Source of the DNA: Lepidodermella squamata
Taxonomy: Eukaryota > Animalia > Gastrotricha
Reading direction: 5' to 3'
Assembly: GCA_047495785.1 (NCBI GenBank)
Contig: JBLDXI010000032.1
Coordinates: 1,922,001 to 1,986,000 of the forward strand
Length of the DNA stretch: 64,000 nucleotides
Below the pieces are notes generated by a model. The model made no database searches, had not been told where the DNA came from, and saw only the letters and a program-made list of their open reading frames with translations. This document shows, in pieces, positions 35,954-48,827 of this stretch. The position numbers and the translations under genes were made by a program. Position 1 is the first letter of the stretch. Every line of letters starts with the position of its first letter.

Positions 35954-38900
35954 ATGAGCAAGGGCCCTCCGAAGGCCCCTATCACTGGGTCAAATACTGT
36001 AAGACGGACCATCGTCATGCGTCCCAAGCCTCGACCTGATGAAAGCGAAGCGGAACGTCAGGATCAAGGTGGAATTTGATAAGTGGAAACTAATCGGACT
36101 TTATTTTCTATTTTTTTATAGAGAGGACTGCGAAAGAAAATACTGAAAAAGAAGCTGAAGCATTTGCTCAATTGGCTGCAATGGAGAAACACTTTGATAA
36201 GAAAAGCCCAGAACCTGAACAGAAGACTGCCGGCAATAAGGATGACTTCCTTAACGAGATAAGACAGGGCGTCCGACTGCGGCCTGCAAATGAACCACGG
36301 AAAGGTAGAATTGTCAAACTGATTCTAAATTTCAACCGAAAGGACTTTTTCAAACAGCTTTAAAGACTGCTGATGTAACCGCTGCAGTCAACGCCAGTCC
36401 GAACGCGTTCGCTACTGCTGCTGCTTATTCTGTTCGTTTTTGACTTTGAGATTACAAATATATTCTTATTTTCAAAATTTTAATTTCAGTCTTTATTTAA
36501 AACCGACAACGGCGAAGAGGTTGGTTCAATAACCTTCTGTGGCACGGTCAAGTTGGTGGACTCTCATTTCTACTACTGGCCTGACTTCAAAACAGTCACT
36601 ACCCTAAACATCTCCTATTGCCCTAATATCACTAACTTCGGAATACGGCTGATCAAAGAGGCATTTCCCAAGCTAAAAAAGGTAACATGATCACAATTAA
36701 GGCGGATTGTTTCATTTTCGATTAATTATAGTTAGACGCTTCCGGGTGTAGATTGGTTACCGAATCAGTTCTCGAAGCTATTTCTGACCCTGCACTCACT
36801 GCCATTTTGAGCTGGACCGGAATTCGTTACGTCCCTCATAAAGCACGTTTTCTGAGGCTTGACATCAGGGGCTGTCCGTTAATCATAAAAAAAGAAGCGG
36901 CTGATCTCATTGCCAACTCCTTCGATGGTAAAATTTGATGACGTATGCGGCATTTTTTTTAACTTAACAACCAGAAAATTTCCTTATTTCGGCGAATCTT
37001 TCAATCTGTAGCACTGATTTCAGGATTTCAGGATTTCAGGAGGAGCAAAAAAAAATTCTTGATTTGAGGAATCTTTCGGCAAACTTCACATTAAAAAAGC
37101 ATATGGGAATCGTGCGATATCGTCAGACGCGCGCATCGCAAAGTTGCCTTTTTTATCCAAGGAGCCCTATTATTTTTGTCCGAAATTCGTCGCTACTTTT
37201 ATTCTGGCTGAAAAATAAAGAGCTCTCAGTGCTGGAATTTTAGTTTTGTGCTCATTCTCTTACATAGAAGCTCAAAAAATCGCTTAAATTCCGAAATGGC
37301 GCAATTTTGATCCACAGTGAAAATCGCCTGAAAATCTAACATCGCGCACTAGATCGACGACAGCTCCAGTTAGGAGGGTTGAATTGAAGCTTATTTACTC
37401 TTATATGCCTTCGAGAAAAACTCAGTAATAAGAAATTCATTGCACGATTGCAATCCAAGCTTTTAACAATTGTAATTGACTCCCTGGTCCGTTTCCAACC
37501 ATTTTACATGCAGTAAAATCCTGCAATCCGGGCTGCAGATTGATGTCAGTTTTGTCGAAAGATTCGCCGTAATAAGCAAATTGTTGCTTTCAAAGTTTGA
37601 AAAATCATGCTGCATACGTTACTATCATGTATTTTAATCTGAAAATTCGTGTAGGAACCATCGAACGGAAATCTCCAGGAGAAGCATCTGCGGCGGCGTC
37701 ATCTACCCAACTTGAAGCCCTGTCAAGTGAATATTCGTTCACTAAAATTGTTGTCATCAAACCCGTCTCGCATGCAGCTAAATCAATCGCCATTAGCTGG
37801 CTGAAACCCGACGGCCCGATAGAAGGTGTTCCACAATGCGCCATTTCGTATCGCTCAGGGCCTTATCGTGTTATTGAATGCGATTTTCACGCGCCTCTAT
37901 CGCTTTTCCTTACCAACAATTGCATTGTGGTGATACCTTTTGACAACGATTCGGCATCAGCTGTTTTACAATCAGTCGAGAGTCGTTTTTCGTTCATTTC
38001 CTCGATTTTGACTGATTTTGAGGCCATAGCTGTGCCTGCTTCGCTCGAAGGTCCAGTTGAATTTGACGAAAGTATGCTTTCCGCTCTTAAAGCTGAGCAG
38101 GCTAAGGCATCTCTGCAAGGCACCTCAGTTGAGGAATCTGAAAGGGAGAAACGGATGCCCGAGGAAAATCCCAAAGCTGCAAGGCGTTATTACTATTTAT
38201 CGAACCATCTAACGTTTTTGTCGAGTTTTGAAGCAGCTAATGCTTGGTTGGTTGCGAAAAAGTCGTATTTAAATATTCCGCCTACAATTTTTCCTTTGTT
38301 GGAATATTTGAAAAAATCAAATATTTTCAATATGACTGAAAAACTATTCATCACCTCAGAGGACTTGGGTTCAATCCTCCCTCAATCGCTGCTTGAAAGT
38401 TTGGCTGAGAAGTCAATAATGCCTAACTGGGCATCATTCGCGTCAGTTATAGCTGAAACCGGAAATATTTGGAGTGAATACTCAAGCAGCCATGATGACC
38501 CAAATCTGAATAATTCATTTTCCTACCTGACAAATACGTCGAATCTGATGAAAATTGTCAAAATACTCACGACCACCGATGACGTGGAAAGTAGCAGTGA
38601 GAATGTGAAATGCCTTCCCTCAGGTACAAAACTGTGTAGAATCGATGCAATCGCCCATTTGTTAACTGGCGTTGCTGAGTCTGATAGAATTCGCCTATTT
38701 TCTGAATTCGAACGCAGCGGAATCGGAATCTTTAATTTGAAGCAGAACATGGCATTATCAGCTGTGAACCTAGCCAGTAGTCCTGCTATTTCTGTTGGGC
38801 ATTTCTCAAGCAGTTCTGAACTGAAACTTAGCTCGGAGTATGGCGAAATTGTTTGCCATCCAGATTTGGTTGTTCAAAATCTGATATCTCGCCTATGCAA

Positions 38901-41900
38901 GGTGTTCAGACCCATTTCGATTTGGAAGCATGGGGCTGTATTCGATGAATGCTCCTCCTTAATAATTAAAGTCAGCTCGAATCTTTCTGGCCCAAGTCGC
39001 AAACAGTATTCGGTTTTTGTCTCGATGGCAAGTGATTCTCCTGACTTTGGGGACAAGGATAATCAAGCTCAACGGCGCGACGTCATTCAAGCATCGTGTG
39101 GGGTTGTCGCACAAATTTGCACCGCTGTTCTAGCGCCTTTCTCCATCAACGATTTGTACAAAAATCCTCCGAATTCGTATTTTCACCCATTGCTCCAGTT
39201 CGATCCCAAAACTGCAGTTATCCGAACTTTCTCGCGAGATTTTGATATGTCGCTACCTCGTTGCGCCCGTTGCTCATTGACCGCTGATATCATCGGTCTG
39301 CTGAGACAAGCGAATTGGCGATACACTGCAAATAGCTTCAACATGATCGGAAAGGCCAGTGAAGAGTTCGAGATTCCGATTACACTTGACCTGACTGTGC
39401 CGTCAAATTTCATTGAGATCTTAACGAATTCAGAATTCGAATTTTGCCGATTTTACGTCAGCAATGAAGTTGGTCAGTGTGACAGTAATACTAGCATAAA
39501 AATGTACTTCAAAGAGAGGAATATTTGCGTAATCGAAGAGGAAGAAATTGTCCACGAATCAAACGGCCACGGTACATTCAGTACGTGCAAGCAATCCGCG
39601 ATGATCAATATCGCAAATCTGTATCCTGTCGTTCGATTCGATGCTCGATTGGTAGATAACAGCGTTGAAATTGCAGTGGCAGTTAACGGCCGCGTAGTGT
39701 TGAAATCTATCGTTAAGGTGGCTGATATCAACTTATTATCGCATTTGATTATGACAGTTAAGCCTGACTCGCATCAGAACCCATTCTACTCATATGTGGC
39801 GAGGAAGTGGGATAGACCACCGCTTGCTAGCAAAGCCGAGCTATTCGCCGATATTAAGGTGGATATGATATTGGAAATTATTATGCCGAGTGGAGTGATT
39901 TGTCCGGCTCTTGTAATCAATTACGATGAGAGCAATGCTACAGTCGAGATGTCAGTACGGTTGTCGGACGTTGAAATTGTCATCGAAACGCGTGAAATAA
40001 AATCTCCGACTTTGTTGCCTGTCGGGTTTTGTAAGTACCTACTGTCAGACGACGTAATTCTCAATCGATTCCGAACGTTGTTCCTGGAAAGGTTTAGCGT
40101 AGAGCTCAGCGATAAGCTCGAAGACCCTTGGGACAATGATGAGCCAAGTCTCTATTTATTCAAGGTAAAAAACATAGGGAAAGGCCCCTCAAGTAAAGAG
40201 GAAGCCGAAATGAGGAAAGATGCGGCGGATGCTAAAAAAGTTATAAAATACAATGCCGGGCGTTACCGTGTTTTCTATACAAGTAGCAAATTCGATAACC
40301 CCGTGCGATACCCTTTCAGCCGATTTGACAGTTCGCTGTTGGTCGGATTTTCGCCTGCTGTTGCTTCACAGCTAAAGAACCCATGCCCAGTAGTCCTACC
40401 GCGAAAGCTGGCAAAAGCTCGACGTGAACTTGACAGGCCTACTCTCGACAACGAATTGCAAACATTTATCAGAGCGAATGTTTTGACTCTGCCGCTTTGT
40501 CAGTCGTTTAGCGTGCAGGACTGCTTTTTTCCTTCGTTTTCACTCGTTCATGGTAAAGAGGAGGCGCCATTGACAAACCACGTGTTGTGTGGAGCATCTC
40601 TGATTCATTTCACAAATGAAACTTTGCCTCAATCCGTAATTACCAAGGGTGCATTTATGCCCCGAACATTCATCGCCACCATTCTTCGAATGATTGACCA
40701 GCCTCATTTCATTCCAGCGAATTTTGAGAACATATTCCCCAATGTGAACACGGACTCTTTTGCGAAGAAATATGTAGTTTCTCCAAGAGTTTTCTTGGAG
40801 ACAACCTTCCGCGAGACGGTTTTTCCGTTTCTATTAGATTTTTACTTATCTCATGCGGATGCTAAACAAAATTGGAAGAAGGCCACTCTGTTGACTGAAA
40901 GCTACGAAATTCACCTCAAGGATAAGGGTGAAGTTAACAATTGTCAGATTGTTTTCGCGAAGTGGCTTGCATCCGAGTACAATCTCTACAACTTAAACAG
41001 CGAATGTCCCTTGGTGATGTGTGCAAAACATGCTTACGTCAATTCTGAGTATGACAGGCGAAAACGAACTCAACTCCGCGATAAAATCCATGATAAACTA
41101 GCGCCAACACTCGATATGATCGGGTCGAATTACGACGATTTTATTACCTGTCAGGCTTTGGTTGATGCCAAACAGATCCGTTCCGATTCAGTTGTGGCAA
41201 CTAACTCACCTTATATTCGACATTTGCACGTTGGAAACTGGGATTTGCCGGAAGTGCTGCCGTTTATTCTCTCATTTCGTCATTTGACCGAGCTCCTGTT
41301 GTGTTACAACCGCTTGAATGATTTGCCTGACGACTTGGCCGCCTTGAAACCAACTCTTCATCTGTTGGACGTGTCTCAAAATGCTTTCACTGAATTGCCA
41401 AAAGTTGTCTATCAACTCACGGAATTGCGGTCCTTGAGGGCTGACTATTTGAATATTTCACATGTCGATGACAATTTAAGCGAGCTTAAATTTCTTCAAC
41501 TACTTTCTCTACGATCGAATTGTCTGACAACTTTTCCGGCAGTGATCTCTAAACTGAAGCATCTTGAAGTGATTGATCTATCAGGAACGCCCCTGTTTCC
41601 TTCGTATGCTAGCCATGCGGACTACATCTACGGTTATGTTAGAAAATGGAACATGACTATTCTATTCTCTCATATTTCATCCTACATCCAGGCGAACAGG
41701 GCGGATAAAGGGCGGCGAACAGGAAGATATTGATGTCGAATCATTCAATGCATATATCTTTGATAGCATACCTAGAATGAAGTTTGAAAAGGGCTTCCCG
41801 GCGGAAATATTCGGCCTGACCAGACTGAAAGAGTTGAGTCTCGCCTATCAGCATGTAACCGACATACCCGATGAGGTAGGTCAATGCAAATTCTTGGCAA

Positions 41901-44900
41901 AATTCGATTTAATGGGCTGTTTGGCTCTAAAAAGAATTTCGCCTTTAATAGCTAAGACCCCGGTGGAGATGTTGAATCTTTCTAATTGCCCCTTGCTGCA
42001 AACCCCCCCTGCGGAAATTCGAAAACGCGGTTTGGCTGCAACAACCGCGTATTTTCGTAGGCTTTCAATGGGCTCTACTAATGTCCAGCGAACAAAACTG
42101 ATGTTCGTTGGATTGGGCGGGGCGGGCAAAACAAGTCTAGTGAGTGCGTTGATCAATCAAAACGGAAAAACAGCCCGCCCGAACGGGAAAGACACCGTTG
42201 TAACCGATGGCATCGATATCACTGATTGGGAACTGGACGCGGGAAACGGGTCGAAGGTTCAGTTCAAAATGTGGGATTTTGCGGGCCAGGTTGTTTACTA
42301 CAATACGCATCAGTTTTTTCTGTCAAATCGCGCTGTTTACCTGATTATGTGGAACATTCGATTAGGCCACGAACATGCAGGTATCGATTTTTGGCTGAGT
42401 TCGATTGCAGTTCATGCCCCACTGGCTTCGGTTATCGTTGTTGGAACTCATGCTGACCAAGTCCCAGAGGAGCGGTCGTTTCTACCAGAGACGAGTTACC
42501 GCGATCGTTTCTCTAATGTTTGTGGTTTCCATTACGTAAGTAGCCATACCGGTAGGGGAATCGCAGAACTTCGCGAGCATATTCGTCAGGTGGCGTTGAA
42601 GCAAAAGTACATGGGCGAAGCGATTCCCCAGGGTTGGCTTACTTTGGAGACGAATTTGACGTCAAAAAATGGAAAACGGAAAAACAAAAAAGAAGACCTG
42701 ACCGACTCGTCCATCCTAATGTTGGATGAGGTGATTGAAATAGCAGATTCTGTCGGAATTTACGAGGAGGACGAATTAGACCAGGCCTTGCAATTCTTCA
42801 CTGATTTAGGGTCTATCCAGTATTTTAAGTCGGATTTTTTACGCGACCGTGTCATCATCAACCCGCAATGGATCGTTGACGTTTTAGCTTGTTTAGTTTC
42901 GATCAACGACAGCCCGATAGTTGATGGGAAAATGTCCCATAAAGACCTGGCAAAATTATGGGAAAAATACCCGATTTCGCTTCATCCATGGCTCCTGAAG
43001 TTAACTGAGGCGTTCGATTTGACTTACCCTCTTAAAAATGAACCTGCATCTATCGTGGCGTGTATGTTGCCAGAAAACGCGCCACCCGACCTAGCGTGGC
43101 CTGATTTGGAGGAAAACCCAGATTGGCGGCAAACTGAGCTAATTTTATCGTTTAAATACCTGCCAACTGGACTATTCAACCGCGCCCAGGTACGCATTTG
43201 CCAGCTTTCGGACGCTAAAATGTGGCGAAAGGGTAGTATGCTGGTCAAAAACAAACATAGCGCTTTAATTTCACAACCAGACGCTTCGACTGTCCATGTG
43301 AAGGTCATTGGGCCGCGGCCGGATAACATCTCATTTTTGATACTCGAAGTTTTCGATAATTTGATAAACGAGTCGTTCAACGGCCTTCATTGCGAGTACA
43401 AGTTCGCATGCCCAGAGTGCGTTAATGCAAGGGCTAGCCAAGTGTCCATGTTTGAAAGGTTGCGAATAAGACGCGCGACGGAACTTCACATTCCAACTAT
43501 GCAATGTTTCCATAATTTCCACCAAATCCCGACCAGAGAATTAAGGCAGATGCTGCCGGCTGAAACTGTCGGCGATTTCGACTATCAGCTAAGTCGAACT
43601 GTTCAGCAGTTGTCAGGGATAAAGAATTCAGTCGCGAATGATGTTTTAATCATCGGTACATTTGCCGATAACACCGAAAATTCGCATGAATTTGTTGGAA
43701 TCGACGAAATAGCGAAAAATCTTTGTGAAAATTTGCCGGATTTGAAAATCAACTCAATTAATAACCCAGATTCGATGCAATTTGAGCAAATCAGTTTGTT
43801 GATTCGTTCATCGCGGGTTGTCGTCTGTTGCCTTTCTCCTAATTTTCTACTCAGTGAACATTGCCAAGCAGCTCTTTTGAGTGCAAGAGAAACTCTGAGG
43901 AAGCCTCTGGTCATCGTTTTAATCCGAGATTTGGACATTCAAGCCAGCGATGCGTTAGCTTTCACAATCGGCGATCAGGTCTACATTAAAGCCATTAATA
44001 GAGGCCGATATAAGTCGTTGGATGTGGCCGAAACGGTCAAAATGCGGCTGAGGGAGGCGGAGCGGGTTTCATCGGCCGGTCGAGCCCGTCATCCGCCGAT
44101 TTTCATCTCCTATTGCTGGCTCAATAGCAAAGACGCAATTGAACGAGGCTCGAAAGCGAAAGAAGGATCAGTTGGCGTGACAGACCCTAGGTACCTGAAA
44201 CGTTATCTAGTCGAAAAGGGCTATGAATGCTGGATTGATATCGAACAGGTCGGTCGGAATGGGTTGTTTGAGGACATTGCGGTCGGCCTGCGTCATGCTC
44301 GTTGCGTGATTGTTTGCGTCTCTGACGAGTACGTCGAGTCGAAAAATTGCTTACGTGAGTTCCGTTTTGCAACCTCCGCGTGTACTGTTCCAATTATTCT
44401 ATGCATTGTTGGCACCGGAATTGACTGGAAGCAGTCCGAGGTATACCTGGTTTTACCTCCTACAGCCCCTGTCATAAATTTCCAGGTCGATTCACCTGCT
44501 AATTACGATAAGCTGGTTTCAGCTATCGAGAAAAGTTTCGGCAAAAAAGACGAGGAAACTAAACAAACAGCCAATTTAGCTAGCATTGGCCGAATGAAAA
44601 CGATAGAGGAGATTAAAATGTCCCATGCGAACCAGGCTATTTCTAGCCAAGAAATGTCCACGGATGTTTACCGAGAAATTCGTGAGCTTGAACAGCGGCG
44701 ATTTCTGCGTCAAATCGCCTCGTTTTCCGAACAAACAACGTGCCCTCGGCTTGTTGTAATTGATGTCGACGAAAACAGCCCGCCTAATACCGAAAGTGAT
44801 TCGACATCCGAGTCTAAAATTTTCCGTTTCAGTAAACTTTCGTGGTGTTTGAAGTTTCTGTGTGAAAACGAGGATGGTTGGCATTATGCCGATAATTTGT

Positions 44901-45433
44901 TGCCTATCGACGCTGATAAGGTGGATGATTTGATTTCGAGGAGTGCGCCGTATTTAGGCCGAGTTTTTTCGCTAATGAAACACTCCGATAACCCTCCGCG
45001 GCTCATGTCAGCCAAAGACCCGGCATTGAGTGAGGTATACGAAACAGCCCTGCAAGAAATCGAGAAAATGATCAAGTTCGAGGAAAGTTTTGAGGCAGAT
45101 TATCGTCACTTAGTTCAAATCGCTATTGAACTCGATAGTGAAACTTCTTTTGGCGGCTTACGGCTTTGTCAGTTAGCTGTTGGTAAAGAACTTTGGCTTT
45201 GTCGCGAGCATTCAGAAGCGATAAAATCGAAGCTGAAAGGGGTTTCGAGTGATGTTAAGCGCCGGAATAAGAATGCGGACGCGATGACCGGCATCGGCAT
45301 AGGCGACAGCTTCACTGTGAAACATCAGCCCATCAAAGTAGATGCTCCCGGTAGACCATTTTCTTCAATATCGACCAGTGGCAGAGCGCAGTCAGCTAAA
45401 TTAAAAACTAGTCGAGCATGTATTTTGCAATAA
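35954..45433 (+). pseudogene. Roco4: paralog of Roco3/5 with a +1 frameshift in the LRR island (possible pseudogene or assembly error); ends CILQ
   Basis: Same exon structure as Roco3 from ATG 35954. ORF 37597-41733 (frame 1) and ORF 41777-45433 (frame 2) are collinear with Roco3/5. The break sits at a micro-duplicated GGCGAACAGG (41691-41700, 41714-41723). Confidence 0.8.
36941..37619. mobile_element. MITE (~680 bp) inside the Roco4 intron 36928-37654
   Basis: ~60-bp imperfect TIRs (acgtatgcggcat..ttatttcggcgaatctttc / gaaagattcgccgtaataag..atgctgcatacgt). The homologous intron is only 46-47 nt in Roco3 (21160-21205) and Roco5 (54943-54989). Confidence 0.8.
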
Positions 45434-45605
45434 CTGCTATACTGCAAATTTTACTGTGATTTTTTTTTTAATTAAATGTGAGGCTGTGATATCTGAAAAA
45501 ATAAATGTGTTAGTTCTTATGAATAGTGAATGATGTGATTCATCGTTCACTCCTAATTTTTCTACTGTTTATTGTGCTGTTTATTTTCGTTTAGTTTCAC
45601 ATTTA

Positions 45606-46411
45606 AGTTGGATTCGCTAATGTGCGACAGCGGCGACAAAATCGCGCGCGACATTTTATTTGTCGCGTGGCAGTTTTACAAATCCGCGGAGCGACAGTCC
45701 CGTGATAGTCACAGTCGCGCGCGCACACAACAATAGCAGGGCAATAATCGTTTTCAGCAGCGCTCGAGTAATAAAAAGAAACATCGTCGATAACTTGGGG
45801 TAATATTCTTCGGATGAAATTTTACACATCGAATTCGTGAGTTTTACAATAATTTACCCCAAACCTCGCGAGATGGCGTAAAATGGGCGGTTTTTAAATT
45901 GTGATTAATTGTGTGATTTTCATCATTAAAATTACGCGCGTGGTCGCGCGGAGCTATAGAGCTTATTCGCTAATTACGTTTTCAAAGCGCGCAAATTGTG
46001 GCTTAAGTTTGGCATGAAATAAGTAACACCGGTTTGCCGTCGTATTCGCGATCCAAATATCTTTTTCAAAACACCGCAAATGTCACCTTGCGCGGCTTGA
46101 TTTCAAGAGTAACTCGTGACGTCTTCCGCCTGGCGCGCGGCTGGAATTGTCGCGTCGCGCGGTCGAAATTCCTGCGCTCGCGACAATTTCTATTGTTTGT
46201 GTGCGCGCCCGACCGTTGAACGCGCGCATTGTTTCGAGCTCGACTTTGTGAATAGTAGGAGCGACAGTCGCGCGCGACACTGATTCGACGCCCGCGACAC
46301 GCGACTTTGTCGGGAGTTAGTGAACACAGCCGCGATTGTCGCGTGCAACAGCGTGACTGTCGCGCACTCAAGTTGTCGCGCGCGACAAATCGCGCATTAG
46401 TGAATCCAGCT
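45606..46411. mobile_element. PIF/Harbinger-type MITE, 806 bp, TTA target-site duplication
   Basis: TIRs agttggattcgctaatgtgcga / tcgcgcattagtgaatccagct; TTA on both sides (45603-45605, 46412-46414); absent from the homologous Roco3/5 3' regions. Confidence 0.85.
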
Positions 46412-46548
46412 TTAGTTTTAAAATTTTCAACTTTGATTTAGCATGTCAATGTTTTCATATTTTCTTTGAAGATTTTATTGTACCTATTTCAGTTTCATTT
46501 TTTTCTGTTCTAGTATTTTTATTAAAATGAAGAAGGCGTAACTCTTGG

Positions 46549-46934
46549 CTGGTTTGCGGCTCTAGTAGTCGGTGGCAACCTGGTGTCACTGTCCGCACAC
46601 TGTGAAACGTTGAAGATCTGGTTTACACAGATATTGAAACAGCCTGGGTCGTTGTCAATCAAACCGGTATCTTCCACGTTCAAAGATTTCGACTCCGAAC
46701 GCAAGATTGAGGGTCTTGTGCCAATCGAGACACTTCATCTTATCGAATGCGGTTTGCGCTGGGTTTGCACTGTGATATTGTTTTGGAAAAATACGGATTT
46801 TGCGTCATTTTATCGAGTAGTTCTCATCGATGCAACGACTGGAACTAACCTTCGAACCTGTTTGGGAGAAATTGATCTTGATGTTATTCGGAAAACGACA
46901 TGCCTTTTCGTGAATATGACTGCAGAAAGAATAG
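46549..46934 (+). pseudogene. Degenerate 5' stub (exons 1-2) of the DUF4062-STAND gene
   Basis: Matches 63288-63780 (ATG mutated to CTG; SSTFKDFDSER, LHLIECGLRW, DATTGTNLRTCLGEID, FVNMTAERI) with deletions and frameshifts. Confidence 0.88.
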
Positions 46935-47322
46935 AGTTGTTTGTCGAACAGCTTGGTCGAAATTTGCTTCTAAATGAAACTATTCGTTTCTCATTTTTAA
47001 AGTTGATGAATTCGTTTTGCCAAACGATGCCGCTCCTGCTTTAATTTTCGGCGGCCCTGGTCTCCGGAAACTTCGTGTTGGCAGATCGATGCGTTACCAT
47101 GGCTGCCTCAAATCCTCTACAAAAGTATGAAATTATTATCTTCTAATTTCAGAAGGATGGACATTTTCTTGTCTCTATTTAGATGGATTCGTCACTCGTC
47201 GTTTTTACACTAGTGGAGGGGTCTAGTGGCCCTCCTTAACGCAGTATCTAATATAGCGCATTGTTCGGACAGATTGCGATTTAAAAAAATTGAATTTCCG
47301 ATTTTGTTTTTATTTAGTGAAA

Positions 47323-48576
47323 GGAAGTGGCTATTTGCACCCTACTCGGGTACAACAAAGTTGCTATGTGTACCCAGCGGGTACAACTAACTTGCTATGT
47401 GCACCCAGTTGAAGGTACAACAAAGTTGCTGCGTGTACCCGGTGGGTACAATCAAGATGCTATGTGCACCCGCTATTAATATAGTATCGTGTCTATTTCG
47501 TGCTGAGGAAAGTCATAATACTGTTGGTTTGAAGTTAATAGTGTACATAGTTGGGCATGATAATTCTCAGAAAAATGTATTTGTCAGTTTTTGCGGAAGA
47601 TGTTCGTAGGTCATTTTCAGAAAAATTAACTGCTTGCCTGACTGAAATCCGTGAAAAATCTGTCTCAAATCTCAAGGGGGTGTCAGACTAGTGTGCGAAG
47701 TAGGATCCTGAAACTAAGGTATTTTCCTACACCCAGCCGAAAATCCCAAAGGCCCCCTCCCACCTGTGGTTTTCTCACCCTTCCTTTGTTCGGAATCCCG
47801 GAGCTGGGGTGTTGCGACACCCCAGCACCCATGTACTTCGCACCCTTCGAAGGCCTTCGATCTTCGCTAATAACTTGGTACTTACTGTCAATCTAATAGT
47901 GATTTCGTCAAATTCGAAGGAAGTCGAGTTCAAACAATCGTTTGGAATCATCATCTCTGCGTTAGCCTTTCACCCTGTCCAAGCCTCATTGCGTAGAAAA
48001 ACACCTCCCGGGTCATCATGAAGAACGATGATTTCGGTCAGGTTTTCAATAACGGAAACCTTTTGTTTCATGTTAACAGCCGGTGCACAAATCCAAAAGA
48101 GGCCGCTATCATAAGATATTTGACCCCTTGGTAACAGTGGTTGAACAAACCCAGAATAGTTCGAGGCTAGTTTCGGCTATGCCACCGTGCTCTCGAACAT
48201 CTTCCAATAGCGGCCTATTGGATTTGAGCTACAGTTGTTCGGAAATCGAAAAGCACTAACCAGTTGCTGGAGTTGTTTTTTCGATGCACTTCTCATTGGG
48301 CTTGGACATGGTTTGGCATATGCGGCGCTGTCAATAACTATTTCTAAAAATGCCTAATCGCTAATTACGATCGTTTCTGATAATTTCGGATCGTTTTCGA
48401 TATTTTTCAAACGATTTCCGGAGTGGGTACGCATAGCAACTTTAATGTACCCTCAAATGGGTGCACACAGCAAATTGGTTACACCCGCTGGGTACACATA
48501 GAAACTTCATTGTACCCACCGGGTACACATAGCAACTTAGTTGTACCTTTTTAAGGCGGTGCACATAGCCTCGACC
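47323..48576. mobile_element. Non-autonomous Mutator/foldback-like element, 9-bp TSD
   Basis: TTAGTGAAA on both sides (47314-47322, 48577-48585); GG..CC termini; TIRs built of ~30-bp tandem subrepeats (tgctatgtgtacccagcgggtacaac), inverted at the right end. Confidence 0.85.
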
Positions 48577-48827
48577 TTAGTGAAATGCTCTCCTTGTAAA
48601 TTACCGCCAAAATGAGTCGTAATCAAATAAATCAGGTTGACATTCTAAGGATTGCTTTGACCTAAAAGTCACTTGTCAGGTCACTCGATATAGACAAAGC
48701 CAAAATTAACCGAATATCATTTGCCTTTTAATAAAAAGTAACTTACTTAAGCTATTAAACAGGCCCCGAAGTCTGACTCGATCAATAAGTCAAGTTTTGA
48801 AATTATGAAATTTGTTGAGCTCTTATA

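Noticed and set aside
47330-47470. ~30-bp semi-palindromic repeats resembling a CRISPR array
   Set aside because: No unique spacers and no cas genes. The repeats are mirrored at 48425-48570 as transposon TIR subrepeats.
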